Source: Methanobacteriota archaeon
Lineage (GTDB): Archaea > Halobacteriota > Bog-38 > Methanoflorentales > Methanoflorentaceae
Assembly (NCBI GenBank): GCA_963720465.1
Contig: OY970393.1
Span: forward strand, 704,001 to 768,000
Length of the DNA stretch: 64,000 nucleotides
Direction of reading: 5' to 3'
This document shows, piece after piece, positions 63,904-64,000 of the stretch; within the stretch, counting starts at the first letter, position 1; every line of letters begins with the position of its first letter. Below the pieces are notes generated by a model, which saw nothing but the letters and a program-made list of their open reading frames with translations, was not told the DNA's origin and searched no databases. The translations under genes were made by a program, and so were the position numbers.

Positions 63904-64000
63904 AGTATCATCAAATTACGTAGCGCATGGAAGGTAATAAGACATACGCAAGGAAAAAACAGATGACGAAGGAGAAACACGCTGCGCTATCATAGCAAGC

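Noticed and set aside
6800-64000. Intact provirus or classical integron
   Set aside because: I recognised no capsid, terminase or packaging ATPase, no IntI and no attC-type sites. All recombinase copies in the window are disrupted.

Overview
This is an archaeal window. FEN1, proteasome beta, aCPSF1, type II GAPDH, FdhB/MvhD and DUF2111 suggest a methanogen-related Halobacteriota lineage (inference). Bases 1-6738 are housekeeping genes: presenilin-like protease, fen, pcm, HVO_0476-like, DUF371, psmB, aCPSF1 and nth. From about 6800 to the end is a roughly 57 kb accessory region full of small genes, paralog pairs and pseudogenes. The main unexplained structure is a recurring module: a small conserved N-domain ORF, then a tRNA-Val(CAC)-derived 3'-half or anticodon-arm site, then a tyrosine recombinase body. 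Seven tRNA-derived sites plus one N-domain end all lie on the + strand (about 6.8, 17.7, 25.5, 27.1, 32.3, 33.6, 43.8 and 53.7 kb). There are five N-domain ORFs, four recombinase remnants, tandem palindromic repeats after the att in both integrase-bearing copies, two Cdc6/Orc1-like remnants and an RHH gene. I found no intact tRNA. This reads as an accreted array of SSV/pTN3-like split-integrase elements with cargo between the att sites. Other oddities are a circularly permuted SsuA/THI5-type binding protein, a protein with Cys every 12 residues, a NurA-like/hydrolase chimera, a repeated two-hairpin noncoding element and a frameshifted proteasome-like Ntn gene. All family calls come from motif recognition by eye, not database searches. 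Some single-base frameshifts could be sequencing errors.
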